The notes under the pieces: model-generated
Seen by the model: the letters and a program-made list of their open reading frames with translations, nothing else
Told to the model about the DNA's origin: nothing
Databases searched by the model: none
In this document: positions 22,773-37,246 of the stretch, one piece after another
Layout of the letters: every line of letters starts with the position of its first letter
How positions within the stretch are numbered: the stretch's first letter is position 1
Origin: Bigelowiella natans CCMP2755
Lineage: Eukaryota; Protista; Cercozoa
Direction: 5' to 3'
Assembly: GCA_000320545.1 (NCBI GenBank)
Contig: ADNK01002103.1
Location: 20,362-84,361, forward strand
DNA length: 64,000 bases
Translations under genes and position numbers: made by a program

Positions 22773-24158
22773 TTCCACCAGGCGTTGGTGTAGACGTCTT
22801 CTTCTTGTTCTTCTTTGCCCTTGATGGCGACATATGATTCACCTAACCGTTGATGAATGGAGATAATAAAGAGATGATAAAGTATGGCTCGTCCGTCGAG
22901 AGTCAGGGAGCACTATCGGAGCAACCAATCACCACCGCAGAAAAACAGACTGCTTCTCTTCCGCCACCGTGTGTCTCTTGGTTTTTCAGAATATGAACTC
23001 AAGAATAGAGCATTGCGGTAGCACTGCAGTTTTATTTGTGATTATCCACCTTAAAGATTTCAACGACATTTCCATCATCATCGAGGGTAGATTCAGGCTC
23101 TTCTTCTCCCGGTGAAATAAGGTTGGCTCGTGGCCCTCTTTTCCCACCACTGTCTTCGTATATTCCTGCACGGGGACGGTGGGGGGGGGGGTGGGCGGTG
23201 AGATGGCAACAAAGCCAACGATGACGATGAAGTGTACTTAGCCGAACTCCCTCCTCCTCATCCTCCTCCTCCTAGTATTCTAGCAGCGTGGTACCTTGTT
23301 TGATGACAGCGGGGGTGCCAGGGCGCTGTTTCAGAGTTCGGATGAATGCCGGTGATCCCACAGCGTTCCTGTAATTCATAATTCACGATCATGTTGGCGG
23401 GGAGTGTTGCTTGCTGCACAAGGACGATTCGGATGGCTTTGTTCTTTCGAGCTAAGAGATGATTGATTTTGTTCTCTTTCATCATCATTCTCTCAAGCTT
23501 AAAGGACAACCTGCTCCCATGGTTTTTCCTACCATTAGCCGCTACTGGAGATTCGCTATTTTTTATCATCATCTTCTTCTTCTTAGATGTCGACGACGAC
23601 GGTCTCTTCTTGTCCTTTTGGCAATGCGTAAACATGTGTCAGCCATCAACCATGGCCTCTACTATCATTAACTTCATCCTCAATTTCTTCTTCTTCTTCT
23701 TCTTCATCATCATCATCATCATCACCATCGAGAGCTATTTGCTAAATTGTCATAATCTGACTGGTACTCCTACTACTACTACTACTTCGACTACTATTGC
23801 TACCCTGAAGAGAGTATCTCTAAACGCGAAAGGTGTGTTCGGTCGGTTGTGATTTCCGCCAATGCCAGCACCGACGCCAGCAGCGCAATTACTGCTGCTC
23901 TCAGCCCTCCCAGCGGGTATCCAAACAGGTTCCTTGCTCGTATTTGCAACGAAGCTTAATCCCTCGTCATTCACGACGCCGCCAGTCTGAGTCTTACTGC
24001 CACTGTGGCCGTTCTCGCTGCTGGGGTTAGTGCTGTTGTTCCTCTTCGTCGCAGCGATCTTTGCGTTGGTCATCGCGCGTCGTATGCTGGAGCTCTTGGT
24101 GGGGGATCTGAATCGTACCAACACACACACACACACACACGCGCACATACTATATATA

Positions 24159-24219
<61 letters not shown>

Positions 24220-24253
24220 AATTACATTTTTAATAAATATGAAGTGTGTGTGT

Positions 24254-24288
<35 letters not shown>

Positions 24289-24986
24289 TAAAAATATATG
24301 TCTTATTCTTCCATGTATCTTCTTTCACGACAAGAATCACAGATTTAACTGAGAAACTCTCCGTACACAACAGAACTAACTTTCGTCCTCTCCGCAGCGA
24401 CATGGCTACTCTCTGTCGTCGTATTTTTCTACTAGGGCAGCAGGTCGGCTATTATTCATCAAATGTAGCAACTATTGCTATCACACCTACTGTTAATACG
24501 AACGTAGTCGCTGGAAAAAAGGCATGCCAAATACTAGCATGGTAATAGTTTGATGATGCGTGTCGATAACAGGCGCATAAAAATGAAACACCTCGGCGAA
24601 TTCATGGCTCGCGCCAGGTCACGGCGGAGACGCGTGTTCTCGAGCCTTGATATTATTCGGAGAAGGAGATAGAACATCGCACATAGGAAGAAATAAGGGC
24701 GGTTATCATCCACTTCCCCACACTGGTTCTTACTACCGGCAAAAAACAAACAAACTCGTGTACTAGAGTTGGGAAGGATAAAACGCAGGCGATTTGAACG
24801 TAGTTTGTCGGCACTGGGTGCATTTCGTCCATTTTCCTCTCGAGAATACATATTATATATATATAATATATAGTTTTTTTTCCATGTGATAGCAGCAGAA
24901 GGGCTATCATCCCATCGTCGCTGAGCAGTCGAATTGCACCCACCTCAGCGTTGCTTTTTCCCCACGAAGACTTGTCAGCTGTAACA

Positions 24987-25027
<41 letters not shown>

Positions 25028-25290
25028 TATATTTATATTGTGCGTGCGTGCGTGATTGTAGCTGTGTTCCAAATGCAGCTATAAGTGTGATTTGGAACAC
25101 TCTTCTGGTTTAGAATTTAGGAACATATCGGGTCCTTTCCTTAATCTTCACTCACTTCCTTCTGCAACTTTTGCACGGTAGACTTGAGCTTCTCAATCTG
25201 GAAAACATGTGCGTTGAATGAATGCCCATGAGACTATACTGCTCTACCACACTACAGGACTTCTCCCCGACGGAAAGATAAGCAGAGATA

Positions 25291-25349
<59 letters not shown>

Positions 25350-25512
25350 GGAGAGAGGGAGAGAGAGAGAGAAGTGGGAGGAAGGTATGTCCTACTACCG
25401 ATTTCCTGTCCTCTCGAAGCATTATGATAACCTTGAGAAATCAATTCAACCCAAACACAACTTATCGATTCTTAATGTAAGCACGTGCTTCACGATGAGT
25501 TGTGTGTGTGTA

Positions 25513-25545
<33 letters not shown>

Positions 25546-27144
25546 CTTAACGCATAAATTCCGACTTTCTTCCTCTCCTGCGCCAAGCGGGCAAACTCAC
25601 TGCGCTCCTGTTAGAAAGAGAACAGTTTTTACGCAATAAATTGCAACCCCCCCCCTCTTTTGTCGTCCCCTACTACTGCTTTCTTGTGCCTTCGCTGTTG
25701 CTAGTGTGTATGTGATTGCCTGCGTGCGTGTGTGCTTTTGCATGCGTTTTGTGAATCTTTCTAGCTGACCGCATTGATATGATCGATTTGGGCTCGAAGG
25801 GACAGCAGCTCTGCGTTCTCCGACCTTAGTTCTGCGATGATTGGTATTCGATGTTTTTATTTTTTTTATGTCGTTGTTGTTGTTGTTGCTGCTGCTGCTG
25901 CACGCTCGTACGAAGGCGTCGCAGCAGCGCATCTTCCCCAGTGTGTGGCATGCAAAGATAGACGATGTATGTGTATGAGCACACAGAGCTGGACGTGTCG
26001 TGTACATGGAACTCACAAGAAAGCAACAGCAACACCAGAAACGGCTTGCATGACAAATTCCTCTGCCATGTCTTTCATCACCCCCTTCCTCCATTTAGGG
26101 TTTTTAAGGTGCCCTCCCTACAACAACAACAACAACTGCTACTGCTGCTGCTGCTACAATTACTACCGTTGATTTTGATGTTCAGCGTATCGATTAGGAG
26201 GTCCTATTAGATGTAGAAATATTACGTCGCATTATCGCTGATAGAAATTAGATGAGAATCCATGAACAGCACCCAAGGAGTCCTTCTAGGAGGAGCTATG
26301 CACCAACCTTCTGTGGAGTGGAGGTTGCGCGTGGTGAAGATGACTGTAATTGCTGCCTGGCCGCGTGCGGCTGATGATGCGGATTCTTCTGCAAAGGAGA
26401 CCCCACATCATCTTCCTGGTGCTGCTGCTGCTTTCTCTTCAAACGAAGGCGATTGGGTGAGTTGATCCACTTGCGCGACGGCTTCTTTGCCGAGGCAGAG
26501 GACGGTGGCGGTGCTGCAGATATTTGTTTGGGATAGTAGTGGTAGCAGCGAGTAGGACAAGTGAACGGTTGGAGAGGGATCGTTTGGCGGGGGTTGATGA
26601 TCGCCTTCACTATGTGGCTGTGTGTTGAAATTGTGTAGCTTACAGTATTTATGTCTTTGTTTGTTTGTGTTTGTATGTATGTGTGTGTGTGTGTGTGTGT
26701 GTGTGAGTGCGGTATCAACACACGTGTACTACCTGTTGCAGCCTTGCTCATTTTCTTTTCGTTGTTGCTTCTTCGTCCCCCCCTGTAGCTACCACTCTGT
26801 GGAGTAAATAAGCATCATCGCTGGTGTGTGCATGGGCATGTGCATGTGCATGTGTGTATGCGTGAGTGAGTGAGTGCATTTGTGTGTGTAAAATCAAAAG
26901 GAAATGAAAGATAAACAGCGAGATGGGCATCAATCATAGATATTTGTCCTGTTGCATTGATGTCAATGTTGTTTTCCGTAACCTTCTCGCCCCCCCCCCC
27001 TCCACCCCTCCCAATCATTAAGTACTACGAAAAGTAATGCTACCAGTTCGACTTGTTCCTCCCTATCCGGACCATGTTTCTGCTCTGAGTAGTAGTTAGG
27101 AAATGTCTAAGTAAGGGGCACACCACATCGCACAAAGAAGCATA

Positions 27145-27214
<70 letters not shown>

Positions 27215-28165
27215 TACACACACACACACCTCTTATTGCACTATCAGGGACACCGTCTTCCTGCTCCGTACTTCTGCTGCTTCTAGGCTCCGATATGGTA
27301 GCTGTGGAACCTGCAGGGCTCTGTCGCATCTTCTTCTTCGTTCCTTTAGTAGTAATACTACTTCTACCACTACCACCGAGAGCTTTGGTGCGAATAATGT
27401 TGCTAGTGCTGCTAATTCCACTATTTCTATTGTTACTACTGCTACCACTACTACTACTACTACTACTACCACTACTACTACCAAGGCGCTTGCCGTGGGT
27501 GCTGCTGCCGCTCTTTTTGATGTTAAACATGGCCAATTTGTTGAAATGTGTTGGATCCAGAGAAGCATTCAGTACGGTCGTAGTTGCGGAAGTCTCATTG
27601 CCATCGATACTAGCGATTGTAACAGCAGCAGCAGCAGCAGCAGTAGTAGTCGCGATAGCAGCAGCATCAACGGCCGAAGAGTTGCGGATATCACCGTCAT
27701 CATAACGATGATTGTTATCATCATCACTATTCTTCTCTTCAGCGATGATTGTTGAGTTGTCATCGATGTTTTGATGTAGAATCGTCGTGCTTTCGAGGTC
27801 TGGCAAGCTAGGAGCACCACCACCATCGCCCTCGTCATCTTCGTCGTCGTTGTGTGTAGTTGTTTTCTCTCTGCGGGGCATTTTGTTGTTACTGTGCGTC
27901 TCATCAGCACGATCGATATTGTTGATTTGATGCTGGGAACGATTGGAAAGATCCTCCTCCTCCTCCTCATGCTGCTGCTGCTGCTGCTGCCACCTTTCCT
28001 CCTCTTCCTCCTCCTCCTCGACCATTACAGTATTTTTGACTTCTTCCTCGCCGATGTTTGCTGGATGATTAGCGATTCGCTCCTGCGTAATTTAAGAGGA
28101 AGACCGTCAAGACATTGATCCGTATATGATGCTAATATGTCTCTGTGTGTGTGCGCGCGCGTGTT

Positions 28166-28225
<60 letters not shown>

Positions 28226-28533
28226 TGCTGCTTGTAAGCCCGTAGAATATCGACCTGGAGATCAATAGATTTCTCCAATATAGATTCTAGGGAATCAAGC
28301 TTTCCTGAGGAGGATGATGGCACAGAGAAACAAGAATAAGGGGGGGGGGGAAGTATCACGATCAAGTGAATACTACTGAGGTAGTAGTAGTAGTAGTAGT
28401 GACACCAAATTCTAACGTGTGCATGATGATGATGATGATAATATCGTGCTGCGCTTCTTAGCATGCATGGGTAGGGGTGGTGGTGGTGGTGGTGGATCCC
28501 ACAACAATACAACGTTGATGTCGTAGGTGGTAA

Positions 28534-28568
<35 letters not shown>

Positions 28569-28862
28569 TTAAGTAGTTTAAACACCTTCTTCTTCTTCTT
28601 CTTCTTCTTCATCGTCCAATTCCACCGGTGCTGCATCATCCCCAGTCTGGACTACTTTTGGGCTATTCTCACCCCTGACGACATCCTCCGAGGCTACTGC
28701 TGTTTTCAACTCATCTGAATTCCAAATACGAACACCAACAATGTGAGGGAGTCCGGGAGGGAGGGAGGGAGGGAGGGGGGGGAGGGGTGTTAGTATACCC
28801 CCCGTCTCACGAAATATTTGAGAACTCTTATCTTGATTAAGGAACAATGTATAATCACTGAT

Positions 28863-28919
<57 letters not shown>

Positions 28920-29286
28920 CAACAACACACTAATTTCTGCTGTGTGTGTGATAGAGCAGCACCGAGAGAACTGTCGTTTCTCTGTCCAGCACTGCGTGGC
29001 GATGACTGTTTGGAGGAAGGGGGGGAGGTGGTAACGTCCTTCCTTGCAGACTTCGACTACAAAATATTCGTAAAGTTGCACATATGTCGGAGGATTTTTC
29101 AGCTGGAAAACGCCGTGGGACAAGAACCATCGGTGGTTAGTTCTTACTTATTATTCAAATTTCGAAACGATGAGAAACGCAATGTAGTTGTCCGTGCTTA
29201 TACGACGACGACGACGACGACGACGACGACAGCATGGACATTACGTTAAGGAAATTGATGTGGTTGGTGAGGTTTTCGATCTCCAT
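19684..29286 (-). CDS. Large multi-exon low-complexity/coiled-coil protein with a C-terminal TOG (CLASP_N-like HEAT) domain
   Basis: Exons: KQRLTALVSLEKLV...LQLSDGKVKVVVQACLTIAKIA; AVVPALCYLSNAGKRDVATAAKQCMSEII; VKVQCTRYLRMMMARWEVDVLE; last exon SILKDYPELRSKLKINRR* (TAG 19684). The 5' half could be a separate gene. Confidence 0.7.
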
Positions 29287-29513
29287 CCGCCATTCCCCAG
29301 CCTCTTCACTGCTCTGAATTCATTGCACAAAAGCGGGATTTCGTGTCGCGCATAAGGGAAAATATACGAATGGTATCACGATGGTACGATTCTACTACTA
29401 CTACAAAGTCGTAGTTGGCATAGATGTCGCCACTCGGTTGAAACGATGATTAGCTTCGGTAAGTATTGTGAATCAGTTGCATGCTATTAGCACACGCACC
29501 CACACACATGCAA

Positions 29514-29561
<48 letters not shown>

Positions 29562-29733
29562 GATAGCGCATTTGAGAGAGCGAGGGATTAAGAACAAGGG
29601 TGGTGGGGGCGACCTCGCAGAGAAATACAAGCGGTAGGATCTCTGGGATATATTATAAGTAAGTCTATGAGCACAAAGATGTGTATTTCCACACACATCA
29701 TATTTGGTTACAAGTAGTAGCACCATTCAAAGT

Positions 29734-30408
29734 TTACAAATCGTAGAACAACTCTTGTTGCAATATTTTCTTTATAGTGTTTGGCTGTGTCGCAGCAGCC
29801 TCAGATTTAACGCATGCATCGACCGTATTTTAATTGTCATTATCATCATCATCGTCGTCGTCGTCGTCACCATTATAAGTAGTAGCAGTAAGCTACGGTT
29901 ACCTACCTTTTGCATCGATCCGAAAGCCATCGTTTGTCTCGCTCTTGTATCTGCAGAATTCAAGGAGGATGGCAAAGACCAGAAGTCAACACAAGGGATT
30001 TTGGAACAAGATAGTATTCGTCACGCCTCACTTCAGGGACAACAGCTTAAGCACCTCCTCCTTTCCACCTTTCCCCCTTTTCTCCTCCTTGTCGTCATAA
30101 TATTGGCAGTGGCCCCTCCACTATCACCAGCACCTCTCTATTTCCCTACTTCTCTTATTTTGCTATCGTTAGCCTCTATCTGCTGCTGCTGCTGCTGTGT
30201 GAGGCTACTTACCTAGAAATGTCGGTTGTGCCAAGTAACCCCAAGTGCCCTCTATACTTTGCTGGTTTGTCCCTTTGCAACAATGTCGGTCGTCATCACT
30301 TGTACCCGCCATGTGTTATCATCATTATCATCATCATCATCACGATTGTACCAATTGCCAAGATGTCAATGCATCCTCCTCCTCCTTCTCCTCCTCCTAC
30401 TACTACTG

Positions 30409-30442
<34 letters not shown>

Positions 30443-33100
30443 CGAGAAGACCACACGAGGAAGTCCGAAAAGAGCAGCAGATTCACGGGCATTAGAACTG
30501 GAGCTGCAGCAGCATCATTGTCGCCCTTCATCCACACACAGGCACCTGTGAATTGCATCATAATTGTGACGCCGTCGCCAGAAGGAAAAAGTTTTTCGGT
30601 TGACAGCAAAGCTTTTCACCATCCATCATCATCATCATCATCATCATCCACGAACAGTTGGAACAAGCGGAGACAACAAGCTCAGGTGGACATTGGTGAT
30701 GGCTGTTTAATTGTATTTATAAATCTACACCTCTGTGCACCAAATAGCGGTCATCACGCAAGATTGGCACTCGACTCGGAATGCCCTAGAGAAGCAGCCA
30801 GAAGGAGAAGAAAAACAAAGAGCTTCATCAACGATGGTGAAGGAAACTTACTACTCGATATCGAGGGAGGAATATAGAGATCAGGAGACATACGAGCATA
30901 ACAAAATATACTATGATTATGACTTGGAACATATTATATATTATATAAATAATTACATATATATACACGTATATTTATACATATGTATCGCTCCTATAAC
31001 CTCGATGTCCAGCAGCAATGCTGATGCTTGAAGCCAGTACCTACAAGATAATGCGTATATCCAACAGCATTGAGAAAGCGGTATGGAGGAAGAGATACAT
31101 GCTGATTTTTCGGAAGTGTCTTCTTGTGCTGGCAATAAACAGTGGATGATGGATGAAAAGCCGTACTTTGATTGATCGATGACGTTTTTGTAGCCGTTCA
31201 GAACAGATAATGCCCTCTCTGTGGTGGGTGATGGATGGATTTGTGAGATTGTTAGCACTGATGTCTCAGCCATATCATGCTTATTTCCCGGGTTCAAAGC
31301 AGTTGAGAGAAGAATTGCAGTCAATTTTCATGATGATGATTGAAGGCGGTGTGGTGTAGATGAGTAGTGACGATTCAAGAAATAAGGCAACATTTGTTAA
31401 TGGGGAAAGAAAGGGAAATCTTAGAAATACCCATCATTTGCGCTTCCTCATCGTGAGTGTCAGGGGCACTTAAAATTGCCTGAGTTGTTGTTGTTGTAGT
31501 TGGGACGTCATATCTTGGTTGGGAGAGTGTAAATTACTAGCCCTTTGAAGGGGTTTGGGTACTAAGAAGGATTTCTGCTTCCAGAGAAACAATATCGTTT
31601 CTCTCATCAACTGCTCTGTACCTACTTCTTCTATTGCTTTGATATATGTTAAGTATTTCATCGACGATCGCTAGCACCTACCTTTACTATCTTGATGTAG
31701 CTGTCCACTCGTCTCAGAGGAAGCGTCAGCAATGATATCATCCTGAGATGTGCAGTATCGTTAGTTTAAGCGCAAGGAAAGAAAGAGACCAACGTAAAAT
31801 AAGGTAGCTTCTGTAGATCATTTCCCATCATCATCATCATCAACAACAACATCATCATCATTATTCGGTTCAATTGTAATTATTGACCCTGGATGCCCCT
31901 TCAGCAGTTTCTGTTGCGAAATCATCAGCGACATGAAGTTCGGCTGCAGGAAAACCACATAAGAACAGCAGCAATGATGAGATACGATGCTTATTGGTCG
32001 AAGGAAGCTTAAGGAACCACACATCTTTATGAGGGTGAATCTTGCGCTTCTAAGTGCTTGCGTGTGAGCATATTTATACGCGCCTATATTGTCTCAATTA
32101 CGTCTTTTTTGATTGTTTGAAACGTCCTGAGACACGGCTCGAACTCCAGACAGTAGTCGCAGTACACCTTTTCATGATAGTGCGAAAAAGAAATTGCTAT
32201 ATTAAAGATTGCTTGAGGATATTATAAAGATTGAGGAAGCCATATATTCAAGACAATTAAGAGCAGCAGGCTTTCAAGATGATGGCACCTCGAATCCGGT
32301 AACGAACTTTGTGAGTGTCTGATTTTTGCAAGATAGTAAGACCATATCAATCAACTGGCTGCCAAGGAGGTAAGGAACTCTCATTGCGAAATTTGAAAAA
32401 AAGGCTATTATTCTCAACGTCGTTGCCATAGATCATCGCCACGTCAGCACCTCGACTATGTTAGTAGCGTTTCTTGTGAGCTCGTTCAGAAGCAGGGAAT
32501 GGAGACGCTGAATTAGACGAACATTTTCGAACATATTATATGCAAATAAAAAAAAAATGGACTCGCTAGGGTATATTCATATTCTATGTTCGGTGTTATT
32601 CGTCAACCTGAATTGGGATGAGGTACTGGCATATCGTCCCAATTTGCTCGTCCGTCGCTTCGATCCCACCCACACTATTTTGTGCAAATTGATGGACATC
32701 ATCAGCAAAGCGAAGGAATACACAGTTTTTGCATTTTGCCTATATCTCTGCGAACATGTGAATTATCATCACGATGCCCAAGGCTTATCTCACAAACCTA
32801 CCTTGCTTCGTCCTCCAGAGGCCTGACGTACCCCTCCACCAACTGTGCAAGACGCAAGAGGTATGCACGCTCCGAACGGCGTAGCTCCAGTGCTATTTCA
32901 GACTTCCTCATGGCCCCCAAGCCAATCATTTGCACAGGACTTCTTTCTAGATTACAACCTGCTTGTTGTAGGGGGAGAATCGATCAGTTACGATCGCGAA
33001 ACCTACATAGTCCTCCAGAAGAGACTTCAATTTTCCGTTGTCGTACACAAGAAACGTCCATTCTTTGCCGGTTTTCGTCCCAGAACACCAAGATAGCGGG
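29734..33100 (-). CDS. Dbl-family RhoGEF (DH-PH)
   Basis: RKSEIALELRRSERAYLLRLAQLVEGYVRPL (DH start), VYCDYCLEFEPCL, MISLLTLPLRRVDSYIKIVK (DH CR3), VNLLLFSDFLVWS (PH); ends ..QELFYDL*. Start is approximate. Confidence 0.8.
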
Positions 33101-33786
33101 GTCTACCCGATTAGAAATGATTTTACATCGAGCGACATCAGGGTAAGATTGTCGCTACTGGGGAAAAAGCGATTTTTGCTTCCGAAGTTGGAAGTGTGTT
33201 CAGTTGGAACAGTCGAGTTGTAGTCCTCGTGTCCCCGAACACCCTGTTACAACAGAAATCGTCTGCGATCTTCGTAGTTTTTAGCTTATTTTATTGTCGC
33301 ATTCCCAAAACCAAAAGTGCACCTTTTCCTGCAGTCTTCCCAGCCGAAATTTCGCCCCCCCCCCTTTTTCACTTTGGTTGGCCTGTGCCCTCGAAAATAG
33401 CGGACAATCTCTTGAAAATTCGGATTTTGATCGAATACTGTAGGATACATATAGTACCAAGCTAAAATGTCTTATAATAAAAAAATTAGCAATTATTATT
33501 GAGGGTACATCAACACAATATTTTCAACACCTGAATCCCAGTCCAATCTAAAGCCGTGTTTACAGGCATAGTCCCCACGCATACAGGGCTAGTTACTTGT
33601 ATCGAAGGTGTGCGGTTTTCTTCTCGCGAGACCTAAGTCGGTACACGAGTAATAGTGTGGATTGCGTAGGTATGCCTTGCCAACACGCATAATGCTACCA
33701 GTCCAGCATTTTAAGCACCTCATTGCCAACCCATGAGTTCCCTTGCCTCCGTTAAATATGACTAAAATAGTTATCAGAGGAAAACA

Positions 33787-33836
<50 letters not shown>

Positions 33837-33867
33837 TACTCTAAGTCGCACGTTCTCCCACAGTCCG

Positions 33868-34900
33868 ATGCTAGTTTCTGATCCGGACTCCTTGAATTCG
33901 AAGCGCGTGGGCGGGAGCATCTTGAGACAAAAGCGACAGATCACTCAGCGCATCGCCCGGCGCCCACTCGAGACAAAGGTGAATAGTAAGTCTTTTCGAT
34001 CAGTGCTGCCCCCGCGAACAGAAGGTCTCGTGGAGACAGCTCGGACAGCAATAAGTAGGGCGAATCAAGCGAGTGTAAACAATAACAGCGTTGAAGCAGT
34101 AGAAGTATTAGACAGAGGGGGCACAGGAAGAGGACGGAGCGTCTCGCCTTGCCGCAAGGCCTGGGTTGCGAAATCAGTAGGGGAATTGTATATTAGCGAT
34201 GAGGATAGTGATGAGGATTTCAATCCAATACTATATCGAAGACGACGGAAGAATGCCTCCTCGCTTTCCACGTCGACCTCGTTTTCGCGATTGATGTCCC
34301 CTGAGCTGCGAAGGAGAGGCTCTTTCCGGAGTGATTGGAAGACATCCGCATCAACTACCAAAAAGTAGTAACAGAGCTTGATTGAGAACACGAGAATACC
34401 GATCGAGTATAATAATAAATACATTGATAAGAGCGACGAAGTATTTGGAGCATGCACAGCTCACTCTATGTGAGATGCTTACTGTCTTTGTGAACGAATT
34501 AATTGTAGGAAAGAGAAGCCCAAGCTAAGACTGGAGCAAGTGTTGGCGAATCAGGAGACTGCCGGGTGGGTGAAATATGCATGATAACTACTACTGAGAG
34601 GCAGAGAAAAGTAGATGAAAGGAAGGCAAGAGGCTAAATATATGGAAAATACATAACACATGTAAGATAGAACGTCTGTATATTTTGTCAACGTGTATGC
34701 TTCCACACATATCATGACGCCATCTGCCACCTAATATGTCATTGTCATTACCAGCTTATTTAGAATGCATCTAGAAGGCGAATGGTCTGCAGGTGAGGAT
34801 GGAAGAAACAAAAGAAGAGAAAGGAAAACGGGGGCGACATAAAACTATTTCTCTCTTTCTCTCTTTCTCTCTCACTATGTTATGTGCATGCATATAAATA

Positions 34901-34937
<37 letters not shown>

Positions 34938-35349
34938 GAACAGAAAACTTGGATTTCTATATGGCTGTCGATAGGTTGGTTGGCCTCTTTCGCATCACTC
35001 CCAACACCTTGAGCCCGCCGATATCATCTCATATCTTGACAAATCGTTGTCGGCATCGCTTTCCATTATAATTTCTCTCTTTCCTCCTCTTCTGCTACCC
35101 TATTCCTATAGTTTTGAGGAGAAATATAAGGATAGCATTGTCAGTGTGCACTCGAAGACTCGACGGATGCGGCTCTTAAGGCATATGCAAAGGGAGGCCA
35201 TGCGGATATATTCAACGTCATCAAGCACCAATCCTTATCCCTCATGAGCAACCCCCTCCCCTCCCTCGTCCTTCCATTACCTTGCTCTTTTATTTTGGAG
35301 CCCAATGCGAATCAGTATCTATGTGTGTGTGTGTGTGTGTGTAGGGAAG

Positions 35350-35387
<38 letters not shown>

Positions 35388-36436
35388 GTTATACTTCCCA
35401 AAAACAACAGCTTTTTCTAGAACGACATCAAGAAGCACCAACGATTTTCCTCCAGCGGCATTCAGTGGGTTCGTGGAACAAGAAGAACCGCTAGTTCGTA
35501 GTTCCACGGCCAGTCGCATACAGAGTGTTTTGGTTCCCTCTCGAGGGAGCTCACTGTTGACGTATTACGAATATTATCAGGTTCATCCCACCAGGAGCGC
35601 AGCGTGTAGTCAACATCAGCCACAAGCAACGCAAAACGATCGAGCTCTACTTCGCAAGCCTCCATATGGCAAGCGCGGAAGTGGCGCCTGCTGAGCTTCT
35701 CTCGCCCGAGTCAAAGCTGCAGAACTCCATGCGCGTCCTTGATAAGTGCAAGAAGGCCCACATGATGCACAAAGATCTCAGTCCTGAAGCCTCCACCGCA
35801 ACTATCGCCACCACATGTAGCAGTAATTCCAGTCCCCCTCAAAACCCGCTGCTGCAGCAGCAGCAGCAACAACAACAGCAAGCTAGAATAGCAACCACTA
35901 TCTCGGATACCAAAGGGAAGCACGCCGCATTAGCAGCATCTAAAGGCCCCAGTCAAGCTCCTTCTAATCCTCTGAGTGATGCAACTTCTAGCAGCAATGA
36001 TAACAAGAAGGGACCAGGGAGGGAGATGACGTTGGAGAAAGCAAACAGCAAAAAGGGAGGTAGTGAGACAAGGAATTCTGCTTGTCAATCAGCCAGGAAA
36101 GGGAGTGGAAGCAGTAGCGACAAAAAGAAGAATAAGGAGAAAGATAAAACCACCGATGATTCAGCTACGCTCAACTCGCAGATCGAGGAGTGTCTCTTCT
36201 GTTTTCAGACGGCTAAACGTGAGGTATTCAAGCTCATGGCGAGCGATTCTTTCCAACGCTTTGTACGCGCACATCCAGAGGCTTGGGTGGCGGCACACGA
36301 GCCAGTTGAGAATTTCATCGCGGTCGATAAAGCAATCAGCGAGATCATCGTTGTTCCCCAAACTGCTGCGAAGTGGTCTTTCTGGTCTCGCCTCAAAGGA
36401 TCTACTAAGATAGATGACGACAAAAATGTCAAATGA
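33868..36436 (+). CDS. RGS (regulator of G-protein signalling) domain protein with a large insertion inside the RGS domain
   Basis: LEQVLANQETAG|LFRMHLEGEWSA|ENLDFYMAVD|..EAMRIYST ... CFQTAKREVFKLMASDSFQRFVR. Confidence 0.88.
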
Positions 36437-36449
36437 GTTATCATTTGGA

Positions 36450-37070
36450 GACGCTAGGCATATGAGACTGTCAGTTCCAATGAAGATCTAGACCGTGCCT
36501 TGTTGTTAGAAGGGTTCAGAGCAAAGTACGATGTCCGATGTGCTAGCTTGGATCAACCACGAGCACACACATCATCTAGATCATACTTTTGCCATGTATG
36601 TACGCAAGTACCATGCAAGGGAAGCATGTAATGGTACAGTTTGCCATGTTATGCCATGACGCTGATCATGCATGTGGAGCCAGGCTAGGAGGGCCATGTA
36701 TCGCATTCATAGTGCACTGACCTTTGCAACTACAAGCTGTGATGAGATGCTCACAGATGGCTGCCATTTTAAGTCATCTGCTCGATTGTGGCGACATGCA
36801 ACAGCAGCACAGCTAGCAGACAGCTTAAATAGTACGCATACGTCGCAATAATTTGCGTCAACTTAATGCGCTATTTCATGCGATGCTGTCTACAATGAGC
36901 GCTGCGAATGCTAATTCCGGCATGTATACGTATTTAAATATATATAATATATTCAGTTTTATACATAGTATAGTTTTCGATATATGTGGCTGGATACATG
37001 TAGCGATTGATGACCATTGAACAAATTTAATTGATTAATTACATCCGTCTTACATGTAGCGATTGATTGA
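36450..37070 (+). repeat. Convergent-junction tract 5
   Basis: CATG/TGCA-rich DNA between the RGS stop (36436) and the SSXT stop (37247). Confidence 0.7.
37009..37057 (+). repeat. Conserved junction element copy 4 (core only, flanked by 17-bp direct repeats)
   Basis: GATGACCATTGAACAAATTTAATTGATTAATTACATCCGTCTTACATGT, 1 mismatch to copy 1; TACATGTAGCGATTGAT at 36995-37011 and 37051-37067. Confidence 0.95.
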
Positions 37071-37246
37071 TACGACATTTAGAGATAGTATATTCTCCAT
37101 GCGAAGATTACTAAATCATGGAAATTGCATGCAGACGAAGAAGGACATGAATAATGAAGGACATAAATAATAAACAAATCTGGATAAGATCTTCTGAGAG
37201 TCATCGCCGGACCGTGTTGTTAACTTCTCCCTTTGTGAACCTGTTG

